From assembly GCF_000014265.1 (NCBI RefSeq), contig NC_008312.1:5400001-5432000 (forward strand): a stretch of DNA of 32,000 nucleotides. Reading direction: 5' to 3'. Every line of letters begins with the position of its first letter. Within the stretch, counting starts at the first letter, position 1. Below the pieces are notes generated by a model. That model searched no databases and was not told the origin of the DNA. It was given only the letters and a program-made list of their open reading frames with translations. The position numbers were made by a program, and so were the translations under genes. This document shows, piece by piece, positions 1-8,696 of the stretch. The stretch comes from Trichodesmium erythraeum IMS101 (GTDB taxonomy: Bacteria > Cyanobacteriota > Cyanobacteriia > Cyanobacteriales > Microcoleaceae).

Positions 1-188
1 GATAGTTCATCAGGATCTAATTGACCATTATTATTTTGATCTAAATATATAGTAATTCCTGGTAAGCCTGGTTCTAAGGCGTCCCGAAGGCCATCACGAT
101 TAAAGTCATTGTACTTGATACCAGAAATATTACCCAGGACAGAATTTAAAGGAACTGTCTGTCCACCTATGTTGTTGTCTATACTCAC
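1..188 (-). CDS. N-terminal fragment of a repeat-domain surface/secreted protein (SdrD B-like / Cna-B-like), continues past the left edge
   Basis: The reverse frame is open from GTG (188-186) to position 1, with GGAGG about 8 nt upstream and an in-frame TAG just before the start. The translation [61 protein letters not shown] has the G-x-x-x-x-D-x-N-x-D-G-x-x-D-x-x-E-x-G-L-x-G pattern of SdrD B-like repeats. It is absent from the ORF track because the window truncates it. Confidence 0.45.
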   Translation of the reverse strand, partial: MSIDNNIGGQTVPLNSVLGNISGIKYNDFNRDGLRDALEPGLPGITIYLDQNNNGQLDPDEL

Positions 189-780
189 GTTCTAACTCCT
201 CCACCAAAAAATCTATACTTAATAGTGATTTGTATTTAACTAATGGCTAAAAGCCACTGAATTCAATAAAATAATATACATTTTATCAATATGATCCTTA
301 TCATCCATGACGATTCAAGGGAAAGCGCAGACGCTGAGGATTATACCAGGTTGACTTGAATATGACAATTAGATTAGAAAATATATTGGAACAATTTACT
401 CTTAAAACCATAAGCAAAAATTTTAAGTATTAGGTCTAGTGTAACCAGGTAAAAAAACCACCAGTTATAAAATACTCAAAGCTTTAAGAATCATTTTGAA
501 TTTGGGATTTTTCAGTTGTGTTAACTAGTAATAGTAAGCACCCCCCCTTTTTTTTTGGGTGGGTGCTATCTGGTGTCGGGACGTTACTTATTCCTGACAA
601 GTTCCAATTTCAGAGAAAATTTATTATCTCAACTCAAAATGCGGCAAAATTGCTAGACGGCAAATAAATATAAGCTTTTGGTATTTCCAAAACAATAAGA
701 TATCGTACCTGAGCTGAGCTCTTGGCCAGAACTTCCTTAATAGCTTTTTGAGCCTGGACCAATTTTTTTTGACCTAAATT

Positions 781-1284
781 TTAATAGGCATCTTGTAATT
801 CGTAAAATTCAGGAGAAATATAATCCTTACGTAATGGCCAACCTACCCAGTCTTCCGGCATCAAAATTCGTTTGAGATTAGGATGTCCTTCGTAGATAAT
901 GCCATACATATCATAAGATTCTCGCTCTTGGAAATCCGCTGACTTCCAAATCCAGTAAACGGAAGGAAGTCTAGGATCATCTCTGGGTACGAATACCTTT
1001 AAGCGTATTTCTTCTGGCTGTTCTACATCGTCACTGACTTTGACCAAATGATACATACTTACCAAGTCTTCTCCAGGTCCAGCATCATAAGCACATTGAC
1101 ATTGTAAATAGTTAAACCCATAAGCATATAAAGCTGTGGCTAGAGGAATTAAAAAATCCCTATTACCTTTGATAATTTCTATTCCCTGATGATCAGGTGC
1201 TAGAAATTCATGATCAAAGCCATTGTCTGTGAGCCATTTTGAAACTTTTCCGGCTTCAATAATTGGAGCTTCAGATTCAGCCAA
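781..1284 (-). CDS. ndhJ: NAD(P)H-quinone oxidoreductase (NDH-1) subunit J
   Basis: 167 aa. The motifs [12 protein letters not shown] and [22 protein letters not shown], and the C-terminal FYELQDAY, are typical of cyanobacterial NdhJ. The TTG start (1284-1282) overlaps the ndhK stop by 8 nt. Confidence 0.95.
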   Translation of the reverse strand: MAESEAPIIEAGKVSKWLTDNGFDHEFLAPDHQGIEIIKGNRDFLIPLATALYAYGFNYLQCQCAYDAGPGEDLVSMYHLVKVSDDVEQPEEIRLKVFVPRDDPRLPSVYWIWKSADFQERESYDMYGIIYEGHPNLKRILMPEDWVGWPLRKDYISPEFYELQDAY

Positions 1285-1999
1285 GACTTACCTCCTCTTT
1301 TGGTATAGCTTGCAGTGCAGGTGATACTGGCATACCTATTGCTTCAGCTAGCTCTTTTGGCACTGCTTTACGGTCAGATGTTTGTAGATACTGACCTGTT
1401 AGTATTGGTTCAACAACTTTCATATTGTGCTTAACACAATAGTAACGATGTGTTTGCTGTAGTTGACCCCTTTCTTGCAAGGAATCATTAGCAATTTTTT
1501 TCCTCAGCTTAATGACAGCATCAATAATTGCTTCTGGACGTGGTGGGCAGCCAGGAATGTAAACATCCACTGGAATTAATTTGTCTACCCCACGAACTGC
1601 TGTTGGTGAGTCCATGCTGAACATTCCACCTGTAATTGTACAAGCACCCATGGCAATGACATATTTAGGTTCTGGCATTTGTTCATAAAGACGTACTAGG
1701 GTAGGAGTGTACTTCATGGTGATTGTACCAGCAGTAATTAGTAAGTCCGCTTGCCTAGGGCTAGACCGTGGAACTAAGCCAAAGCGGTCAAAGTCAAATC
1801 TGGAACCGATGAGAGCTGCAAATTCAATAAAGCAACAGGCTGTACCATATAATAAAGGCCATAAACTAGATAGTTTGGCCCAGTTATAAAGATCGTCAAC
1901 TGTAGTTAAAACTATATTCTCTGAAAGTTCTTGAGTAACTGTCGGAGATTCCTCAATAGGATTAATAATTTTTTGGTTTTGATTAGGACTTAAGACCAT
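1277..1999 (-). CDS. ndhK: NDH-1 subunit K (NuoB-like, Fe-S)
   Basis: The translation contains [25 protein letters not shown] and [11 protein letters not shown], the NuoB/NdhK cluster-binding cysteines. I prefer the ATG at 1999 (MVLSPNQ...) to the upstream ATG at 2020. The preferred start overlaps the ndhC stop by 10 nt. Confidence 0.93.
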   Translation of the reverse strand: MVLSPNQNQKIINPIEESPTVTQELSENIVLTTVDDLYNWAKLSSLWPLLYGTACCFIEFAALIGSRFDFDRFGLVPRSSPRQADLLITAGTITMKYTPTLVRLYEQMPEPKYVIAMGACTITGGMFSMDSPTAVRGVDKLIPVDVYIPGCPPRPEAIIDAVIKLRKKIANDSLQERGQLQQTHRYYCVKHNMKVVEPILTGQYLQTSDRKAVPKELAEAIGMPVSPALQAIPKEEVSLG

Positions 2000-2352
2000 T
2001 CTAAAGCTCCTTTGCGCCATGCGTATACTAGAGCAACCACTAAGATTGCGATGAAAATCAGTGCTTCTATAAAGGCTAACAGTCCCAACTGATGAAAGGC
2101 CACTGCCCAGGGATATAGAAATACTGTCTCTACATCAAAGATGACAAATACAAGGGCAAACATATAATAACGGATATTGAACTGTATCCAAGCTCCACCA
2201 ATTGGTTCTACCCCTGATTCATAAGTAGTTCTTCGCTCTGGGCCACGAGTTTTTGGCCGCAGTAGCTTAGATGCAGTTAAGGCAATGATTGGTACTAGAC
2301 TACTAATCATTAGAAAGCCTAGAAAATACTCGTAACCACTAAGAAAAAACAC
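1990..2352 (-). CDS. ndhC: NDH-1 subunit C (NuoA-like membrane subunit)
   Basis: The translation (M)[24 protein letters not shown]...[40 protein letters not shown] is canonical NdhC. The GTG start at 2352 gives the usual 120 aa. The longer track ORF (to 2409) adds a non-conserved leader. Confidence 0.9.
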   Translation of the reverse strand: MFFLSGYEYFLGFLMISSLVPIIALTASKLLRPKTRGPERRTTYESGVEPIGGAWIQFNIRYYMFALVFVIFDVETVFLYPWAVAFHQLGLLAFIEALIFIAILVVALVYAWRKGALEWS

Positions 2353-2578
2353 AATTAATCTATATTTCCTCAATAAATATGACTCTCTGTTGAACATTAT
2401 AGAGACCACAAGAGACCATAAAAGTTATTCTAATGTCAATCTAAGTATAAGTCACAAGTCAAAATTAACAAGTCAAAAGCAATAGCTATTTATTAGTGCT
2501 TATATCCTCGAATTGCACTAATTCTGTAATAATAATTTAAAGATATTTTCATAATCCCTGATTCAATCTTTTAGAACT

Positions 2579-2920
2579 ATGAGTGAGGAAACCACTGAGG
2601 CAAATACACAGGAACAGGATCGGTATGAATGCCGAGCTTGTGGCTACATATATGAACCGATCAAGGGAAGCTCTGCTAGTAATGTTCCTCCAGGAACTGC
2701 TTTTGCAGATTTGCCAGTGCGTTGGCGCTGCCCCGTTTGTGGAGTATCTACAGCCCAATTCGTGAATGTTGGACCTGTTGAAGGACCTTCGGGATTTAAA
2801 GAAAACCTTGGTTATGGTTTTGGTGTCAATACTCTCACACCCAGCCAGAAAAATATCCTCATTTTTGGTGGATTAGCCCTAGGATTTCTGTTCTTCCTGA
2901 GCTTATATGGTTTACGATAA
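2579..2920 (+). CDS. rubA: membrane-anchored rubredoxin RubA
   Basis: 113 aa. It has two CxxC pairs (CRACGY ... CPVCG) flanking a rubredoxin core and a C-terminal hydrophobic helix (ILIFGGLALGFLFFLSLYG). It sits upstream of ycf48-psbEFLJ, as in other cyanobacteria. Confidence 0.9.
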   Translation: MSEETTEANTQEQDRYECRACGYIYEPIKGSSASNVPPGTAFADLPVRWRCPVCGVSTAQFVNVGPVEGPSGFKENLGYGFGVNTLTPSQKNILIFGGLALGFLFFLSLYGLR

Positions 2921-2953
2921 GATGGCCTATTGGCTAATTACTGATTAAATGTG

Positions 2954-3967
2954 ATGTACTCAATATTAAAATTCTGGAAACAAATTTTCATAATACTGAC
3001 AGTGGTTATAGTTTGTAGCGGCTGCAAAAATGCTTTTTTACCAGCAATAACTTACAATCCCTGGGAGGTAGTTAAACTACCAACTGAGGCTACATTATTT
3101 GATATCGAATTTACTGATAATCTTGAACATGGTTGGGTTGTTGGTTCTGATGCGACTCTCCTTGAAACTAGTGATGGTGGTGAAACTTGGCAACCTAAAA
3201 CTATTGAGCTAGAAGAAAAAGCTCGCTTGACATCAGCAAGTTTTTATGGTAAAGAAGGATGGATTGTGGGGCAGCCCTCTATACTTTTACATACTGATGA
3301 TGAAGGACGCTCTTGGAATCGTATTGCTCTGAGTGCTAAACTGCCTGGTGCTCCTAATACTATTACTGCTCTGGGGCTAAATTCTGCGGAAATGACTACT
3401 GATGTAGGAGCTATCTATCGAACTGAAGATGGAGGCCAAAATTGGCATGCTCAGGTAGAGGATGCTGTGGGAGTAGTAAGAAATATTTCTCGTTCCCCTG
3501 ATGGTAAATATATTGCTGTTTCAGCAAAGGGTAATTTTTATTCTACCTGGGAACCAGGACAAAAGTCTTGGGTTCCTCATAACCGTCAAAATTCCCGTCG
3601 TTTGGAAAATATGGGCTTTACTGATGATGGTCGTTTGTGGTTATTAGCACGAGGTGGTCAACTGCGTTTTAGCGATCAAGAAAACCCACAAGAGTGGGGA
3701 GAAGCTATTAATCCTGAGTATGCTACAAGTTGGGGTCTTTTGGATTTGGCTTATAGGACTCCTGATGAAATTTGGGTTTCTGGTGGTAGTGGTAATTTAC
3801 TTCGTAGTACTGATGGTGGTGAGACTTGGGAAAAAGACCGTGAGGTAGAGAATGTTCCCGAAAATTTCTACAACATTGTATTTATGAACTCAGAAACAGG
3901 TTTTATTCTTGGTCAAAGAGGAAGTATGCTTAAATATAATAGTTCTCTGGTTTCAGAGGCTAGTTAA
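2954..3967 (+). CDS. ycf48: photosystem II assembly factor Ycf48/HCF136 (beta-propeller lipoprotein)
   Basis: It has a signal peptide with a lipobox-like VVCSGC. Repeated D-G-G-x-T-W / D-x-G-x-S-W propeller blades are present (SDGGETWQ, DDEGRSWN, EDGGQNWH, TDGGETWE). The ATG at 2954 lies one codon inside the track ORF, which starts at the GTG at 2951. Confidence 0.9.
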   Translation: MYSILKFWKQIFIILTVVIVCSGCKNAFLPAITYNPWEVVKLPTEATLFDIEFTDNLEHGWVVGSDATLLETSDGGETWQPKTIELEEKARLTSASFYGKEGWIVGQPSILLHTDDEGRSWNRIALSAKLPGAPNTITALGLNSAEMTTDVGAIYRTEDGGQNWHAQVEDAVGVVRNISRSPDGKYIAVSAKGNFYSTWEPGQKSWVPHNRQNSRRLENMGFTDDGRLWLLARGGQLRFSDQENPQEWGEAINPEYATSWGLLDLAYRTPDEIWVSGGSGNLLRSTDGGETWEKDREVENVPENFYNIVFMNSETGFILGQRGSMLKYNSSLVSEAS

Positions 3968-4291
3968 ACACATAATGTATACCACTATAATACTAGGGAA
4001 ATATCATTTTTCATAATTTAATTGAGTAGTATTACTCAGATTGTCAGATGTGATTTCTCTACATTTGTTATTGTTTAATTTTGTAAAAATTAGACTGAAT
4101 GTGTTAAGATTGATCCCGTCTGACTTAAATATTAAAATGACAATTTTAAAGAAGACAAAAAGTTAGTCGATCTTTACTGTTAATAAAAACAAAAAAACCT
4201 CATATCATTAACAACTATGGCATGAGTATTCAGAAAGGTTTTAGGACTATCTCAAAATGATGGTTTAAGATTATTTGGAGGAGAAGATAAG

Positions 4292-4540
4292 ATGGCTGGT
4301 GGCAGTACAGGTGAGCGTCCATTTGGAGACATTATTACAAGTATTCGTTATTGGGTGATTCATAGTATCACTATTCCCGCTCTTTTTATTGCAGGCTGGC
4401 TATTTGTCAGTACTGGGTTAGCTTATGATGTTTTCGGTACACCTCGACCTAATGAGTATTACACTGAACAAAGACAAGAATTACCAATTTTGTCAGACCG
4501 TTTTGAGTCTAAACAACAAATTGATGATTTTATCAAATAG
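4292..4540 (+). CDS. psbE: cytochrome b559 alpha subunit
   Basis: 82 aa. The translation ...[50 protein letters not shown]... is canonical PsbE, including the heme-ligand His. A GGAGGAG Shine-Dalgarno sequence lies upstream. Confidence 0.97.
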   Translation: MAGGSTGERPFGDIITSIRYWVIHSITIPALFIAGWLFVSTGLAYDVFGTPRPNEYYTEQRQELPILSDRFESKQQIDDFIK

Positions 4541-4564
4541 ATAAAAAATAAGGAAATTAAAACA

Positions 4565-4699
4565 ATGACTAGCCAAAATCCAAATCAACCAATTAGCTAT
4601 CCAATTTTTACAGTAAGATGGTTAGCAGTTCATACCCTTGGTGTACCTACAGTTTTCTTTTTGGGCGCCATTGCAGCTATGCAGTTTATTCAAAGATAG
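4565..4699 (+). CDS. psbF: cytochrome b559 beta subunit
   Basis: I translated this by hand; it is below the track length cutoff. The product is [44 protein letters not shown] (44 aa), canonical PsbF. Confidence 0.95.
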   Translation: MTSQNPNQPISYPIFTVRWLAVHTLGVPTVFFLGAIAAMQFIQR

Positions 4700-4711
4700 G
4701 AGCATAGAATA

Positions 4712-4837
4712 ATGCCTTTAGACCGTAATAATAATCCTAATCAGCAACCAGTAGAATTAAACCGTACTTCACTTTACCTTGGTCTGCTGTTAGTCTTTGT
4801 TGTTGGTATTCTTTTTTCTAGTTATTTCTTTAACTAA
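4712..4837 (+). CDS. psbL: photosystem II protein L
   Basis: Hand translation gives [41 protein letters not shown] (41 aa), canonical PsbL. Confidence 0.95.
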   Translation: MPLDRNNNPNQQPVELNRTSLYLGLLLVFVVGILFSSYFFN

Positions 4838-4990
4838 TTCCGAAAGTAGAATAAGCAGGTTATTAGATATAAAAGTCACCCAAATAGGGTGACGTATAGA
4901 TAGTAAAATTAGATAGAAAGTTAATAGGCAAGTTGCTGAAAAATTATCTAAAAATAGTATTTAGTTTAGAAGTAATTGAGGTTAAGTATT

Positions 4991-5113
4991 ATGATGTCTG
5001 AACCAGGAAGGATTCCATTATGGTTGGTTGCTCTTGTAGCAGGAACTGGCGTACTTGTAGTTGTAGGTCTTTTCTTTTATGGCTCCTATGTTGGTGTAGG
5101 TTCTTCTTTATAA
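4991..5113 (+). CDS. psbJ: photosystem II protein J
   Basis: Hand translation gives [40 protein letters not shown] (40 aa), canonical PsbJ. Confidence 0.95.
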   Translation: MMSEPGRIPLWLVALVAGTGVLVVVGLFFYGSYVGVGSSL

Positions 5114-5171
5114 GAAAAGGTTGAAAAATATTAGGTTTGAGTTAGTTAAGGCTCAGATTTTTTTGAATAAT

Positions 5172-5210
5172 CTCATCTCACTCTTTTTAGGGATGAGGTT
5201 ATTTTTATTT
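5172..5210 (+). terminator. possible intrinsic terminator after psbJ
   Basis: CTCATC (5172-5177) pairs with GATGAG (5192-5197) around a 14-nt loop and is followed by a T-rich run (gttatttttattt). The stem is short and AT-poor only in its core, so this is weak. Confidence 0.3.
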
Positions 5211-5704
5211 ATGGGTATATAAAAGCAATTACAGTGGTTTTGAGAATGCTTTGACACAAACCTTAAAGGGTTTCAGGATATGTAACTTTTGTTTTTCAAT
5301 TCAAATCTCAGTATTTTAGGTTAATGGATTAATGGAAATTGCTATACTAAAAAACAAACTACCGCAAAACATAGCCTGATCATATTAAACACATAAGTCA
5401 GTAGAAACATTTTTTATATCTAACATATAGGCAGTTTTTCAGATACTCTTCTAAATAATCTGCCGAAAAAAAATAAATAATCTGTCAAATAAATCTGAAG
5501 ATTATTCTCAAATAACTAGTATTTGGATTTGTTACGCAACTTATTTATTACGGAGGCCAAAAAAATATTATATTATTTTATTTTATGAGATTATTTCCTT
5601 TTTTTTATTTTATTTTAGCAAAATCAGCGTGATATAACTGTATGAATTATGACACAAAATCAGTATAATATTGTTTATAAAATCAATTTCTACAATTAAG
5701 GCCA

Positions 5705-6397
5705 ATGTCAGAAGAAAAATTATCCCCTAGTCAAGAGATAAAATATGCAGTTGACTTAGTAATATGTATTGATGCTACAGGTTCAATGACCCCTGTTATT
5801 GATTTAGTAAAATCAAGTGCTCTTAGCTTTTACAAAGATATAGAATCTAGGATGAAGGAGAGGCAAAAAAATGTAGATCAACTTAGGGCAAAAGTAATTG
5901 TTTTTCGAGATTATTGGGCAGATAAACCTGAGGAGGTAATGGTCAATTCTGAATTTTTTGATTTGAAGCAAAAATCTTCTGAATATGCTAGATTTGTATC
6001 TTCAATTTATGCGAAAGGTGGAGGTGATGAGCCAGAAAATGGTCTAGAAGCTTTGGCAATAGCTTTAAAGTCAGAATGGGAAAATGGGCCTAACTTTGCT
6101 AAACAGCGTCATCTTATAGTTTTTTATACTGATGCTAGTGCTCACTCTTTAGAGAAAGAACCAAAACCTAGTTATTATCCTAATGATATTCCTAAAAATT
6201 TTGATGAATTAACAGATTTATGGGGAGAAATGTCAGATTCAGCAAAAAGATTACTCTTATTTGCGCCAGATGCTACACCTTGGACAATGATTTCTAGCTC
6301 TTGGGAACAAACTATCCATTATCCCTCTAAAGCTGGAGAAGGTCTGAAAGAATTTGAAAATGAAGAAATTATAGCAGCAATTATTAATAGTATCTAA
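5705..6397 (+). CDS. small cytoplasmic von Willebrand factor A (vWA) domain protein, TerY-like position in a vWA/PP2C/kinase triad
   Basis: 230 aa. It has a MIDAS-like first motif, DLVICIDATGSM (D-x-T-G-S), a later GGGDEPENGLEAL, and hydrophobic-strand + Asp (LIVFYTDAS), giving vWA Rossmann-like strand/helix periodicity. There is no signal peptide or TM segment. AAGG lies 5 nt upstream of the ATG. Confidence 0.75.
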   Translation: MSEEKLSPSQEIKYAVDLVICIDATGSMTPVIDLVKSSALSFYKDIESRMKERQKNVDQLRAKVIVFRDYWADKPEEVMVNSEFFDLKQKSSEYARFVSSIYAKGGGDEPENGLEALAIALKSEWENGPNFAKQRHLIVFYTDASAHSLEKEPKPSYYPNDIPKNFDELTDLWGEMSDSAKRLLLFAPDATPWTMISSSWEQTIHYPSKAGEGLKEFENEEIIAAIINSI

Positions 6398-6522
6398 AAA
6401 GTTTCTGTTGATTAAAGCAAGAGTTATGATGGTAGTAACTTAGTATTACTACCAAGTTATTCTCCAATTTATAAGTATCTAATAACAACGTAAAAATATA
6501 TATAGTTTCGTGCATAAAAATA

Positions 6523-8379
6523 ATGAATAAAGAACAAGTTTTAGTTATCAGCTTAGAGAATAAATTAGGTCAAGGTGAAGATTTTCAGATTGCAGAAGAC
6601 TATGAACAAGCAATTGTCATAGGAGTTTTTGATGGTTTAGGGGGAAGAATTTTAGGTACTGCGAAAGAAACAGGAGGAAGAATTGCTTCTAGAAAAGTTG
6701 CTGAAATTACTAAGGATATTTTAGCAGAATCACAAGGTAATTTAGATCAAGACCGAGCTTCAGAAATTAAAGGCAAGAGTTGTCAAATACTTAAAGAGTT
6801 TGCTGACAAAAATCTTCCTACTTCCAGAATTAGAGGGAAATTAGCTTCTAAAAGATTATGTTCTACTATAGGGGTTGCGAGTCTTTTTAAGAGATTAACT
6901 GACGAGCAAAAATATTTGGTTCAAATAGCTTGGATGGGGGATTCTCGTATTTATTATTTGCACCCTCATCAAGGGTTACAGCAGTTAACTAAAGATGACT
7001 TCAAGGAAAATAAGAATGCTCTAGAAGTTATTTATCAAGATCTACCTATGTCTAAGTTTTTAACAGCAGATCCAGACGCTGATTGGGAAATTAATTACAA
7101 AGAATTTGAGTTTTCAGAAGAAGGGTTTATTTTTGCTTGTACTGATGGATGTTTTCAGTATTTACCTGCTCCGTGGGAGTTTGAAAAACTTTTACTAAAA
7201 ACTTTAATAGAATCTAATTCTATGGAAGAATGGCAAAATTTACTAACTAATTTTTATAAATATAATAAGTATGATGATGTTACTCTTTTGCTTTATCCAT
7301 TAGGAAAGAATGAGCTAAATTTTCAAGATTTTCATAGTGCTTACCAATCACGTTTAGAGCATCTAAATAAAAATTATAATATTCACAGTAAAAGTAATCC
7401 TGATGAGTTAAAAAAAATGTGGGAGCAATATCAAAATGATTATGAAAATAGGTTAGAAAAAGTAAAGGTTAAAGACTCTTTAGATGCTGAAAAGGTAAAA
7501 ACTAATGATTTATATTTATCTAATCTAGATAAAGAAACTGAGGCTGATGAAACTACGGAGGAAATATCTGCTGGTGCTTTAACAGAGGAAAAAACTGAGG
7601 CTGATGAAACTACGGAGGAAATATCTGCTGGTGCTTTAACAGAGGAAAAAACTGAGGCTGATGAAACTACGGAGGAAATATCTGCTGGTGCTTTAACAGA
7701 GGAAAACACTGAGGCTGATGAAACTACGGAGGAAATATCTGCTGGTGCTTTAACAGAGGAAAACACTGAGGCTGATGAAACTACGGAGGAAATATCTGCT
7801 GGTGCTTTAACAGAGGAAAACACTGAGGCTGATGAAACTACGGAGGAAATATCTGCCGGTGCTTTAACAGAGGAAAACACTGAGGCTGATGAAACTACGG
7901 AGGAAATATCTGCCGGTGCTTTAACAGAGGAAAAAACTGAGGCTGATGAAACTACGGAGGAAATATCTGCCGGTGCTTTAACAGAGGAAAAAACTGAGGC
8001 TGATGAAACTACGGAGGAAATATCTGCCGGTGCTTTAACAGAGGAAAAAACTGAGGCTGATGAAACTACGGAGGAAATATCTGCCGGTGCTTTAACAGAG
8101 GAAAAAACTGAGGCTGATGAAACTACGGAGGAAATATCTGCCGGTGCTTTAACAGAGGAAAAAACTGAGGCTGATGAAACTACGGAGGAAATATCTGCCG
8201 GTGCTTTAACAGAGGAAAAAACTGAGGCTGATGAAACTACGGAGGAAATATCTGCCGGTGCTTTAACAGAGGAAAAAACTGAGGCTGATGAAACTACGGA
8301 GGAAATATCTGCCGGTGCTTTAACAGAGGAAAAAACTGAGGCTGATGAAACTACGGAGGAAATATCTGCTGTTTTTTGA
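6523..8379 (+). CDS. PP2C-family Ser/Thr phosphatase with a C-terminal acidic 19-aa tandem-repeat tail
   Basis: The N-terminal approx. 260 aa carry the bacterial PP2C motif series: GVFDGLGG (DGxGG), AWMGDSRIYYL (GDSR), ACTDGCF (xDG) and YDDVTLLL (DDxT). Residues from about 339 onward are 14.6 copies of TEADETTEEISAGALTEE(K/N). Confidence 0.8.
   Translation: MNKEQVLVISLENKLGQGEDFQIAEDYEQAIVIGVFDGLGGRILGTAKETGGRIASRKVAEITKDILAESQGNLDQDRASEIKGKSCQILKEFADKNLPTSRIRGKLASKRLCSTIGVASLFKRLTDEQKYLVQIAWMGDSRIYYLHPHQGLQQLTKDDFKENKNALEVIYQDLPMSKFLTADPDADWEINYKEFEFSEEGFIFACTDGCFQYLPAPWEFEKLLLKTLIESNSMEEWQNLLTNFYKYNKYDDVTLLLYPLGKNELNFQDFHSAYQSRLEHLNKNYNIHSKSNPDELKKMWEQYQNDYENRLEKVKVKDSLDAEKVKTNDLYLSNLDKETEADETTEEISAGALTEEKTEADETTEEISAGALTEEKTEADETTEEISAGALTEENTEADETTEEISAGALTEENTEADETTEEISAGALTEENTEADETTEEISAGALTEENTEADETTEEISAGALTEEKTEADETTEEISAGALTEEKTEADETTEEISAGALTEEKTEADETTEEISAGALTEEKTEADETTEEISAGALTEEKTEADETTEEISAGALTEEKTEADETTEEISAGALTEEKTEADETTEEISAGALTEEKTEADETTEEISAVF
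7537..8370 (+). repeat. 57-bp coding tandem repeat, 14 full units plus a 36-bp partial unit
   Basis: The unit is actgaggctgatgaaactacggaggaaatatctgc(t/c)ggtgctttaacagaggaaaa(a/c). Only two positions vary across about 800 bp. Unit pattern: (gct,K) x2, (gct,N) x3, (gcc,N) x1, (gcc,K) x8. Confidence 0.98.
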
Positions 8380-8696
8380 ACAGATGAAGACAATAAACAT
8401 GAGCAAATTTTTCAGTAAGTATCTAGTAGTTTGGAATAAAAAATACTTTCAAACAACAGAAGGTTGGAAATAAATTTTTAGTCAAAATGAAATCAAAAAA
8501 TATGATATTCAATTAGGTTTATTAGAGTATATTTTTGTCGAGATGAGGAGATGAGATATAGGGAAGATTGAGAAAGGCTTAAACTCAGATCAGCAATAGG
8601 TTTAATCTGACTAGTTTTAATTGTGGGAAAAATGCATACAATTCACTTATCAGAATCCAATAATAGTTAAAAAAATTCATTACTAGGGGGCAAAAA

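Noticed and set aside
537-567. Inverted repeat AGCACCCCCCC-T9-GGGTGGGTGCT downstream of ndhJ, considered as an intrinsic terminator
   Set aside because: The stem is good (11 bp, one mismatch), but the T/A run forms the loop rather than a 3' tail. Neither strand has a U-tract after the hairpin, and it lies about 215 nt from the ndhJ stop. It is kept as an unexplained hairpin only.
1707-3848. Shadow ORFs 1707..1889 (+), 2549..2758 (-), 2583..2765 (+) and 3654..3848 (+)
   Set aside because: Each lies wholly inside, or antisense to, the confidently identified ndhK, rubA or ycf48 genes, and none has a recognisable motif.
5640-5670. Sigma70-type promoter for the vWA gene (TATAAT at 5664-5669)
   Set aside because: The only TTGACA-like hexamer nearby (ATGACA, 5649-5654) is just 9 nt upstream, which is the wrong spacing. 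TATAAT-like hexamers are frequent by chance in DNA this AT-rich.
7537-8370. Regular repeat array considered as a possible CRISPR array
   Set aside because: The units abut directly with no unique spacers, the period is 57 bp in frame, and the array lies inside a protein-coding ORF. There are no cas genes in the window.
7440-8393. 317-aa ORF on the minus strand, antisense to the PP2C repeat region
   Set aside because: It is open only because the 57-bp repeat lacks stops in that frame. It has no non-repeat N-terminal domain and lies entirely within the better-supported + strand gene.
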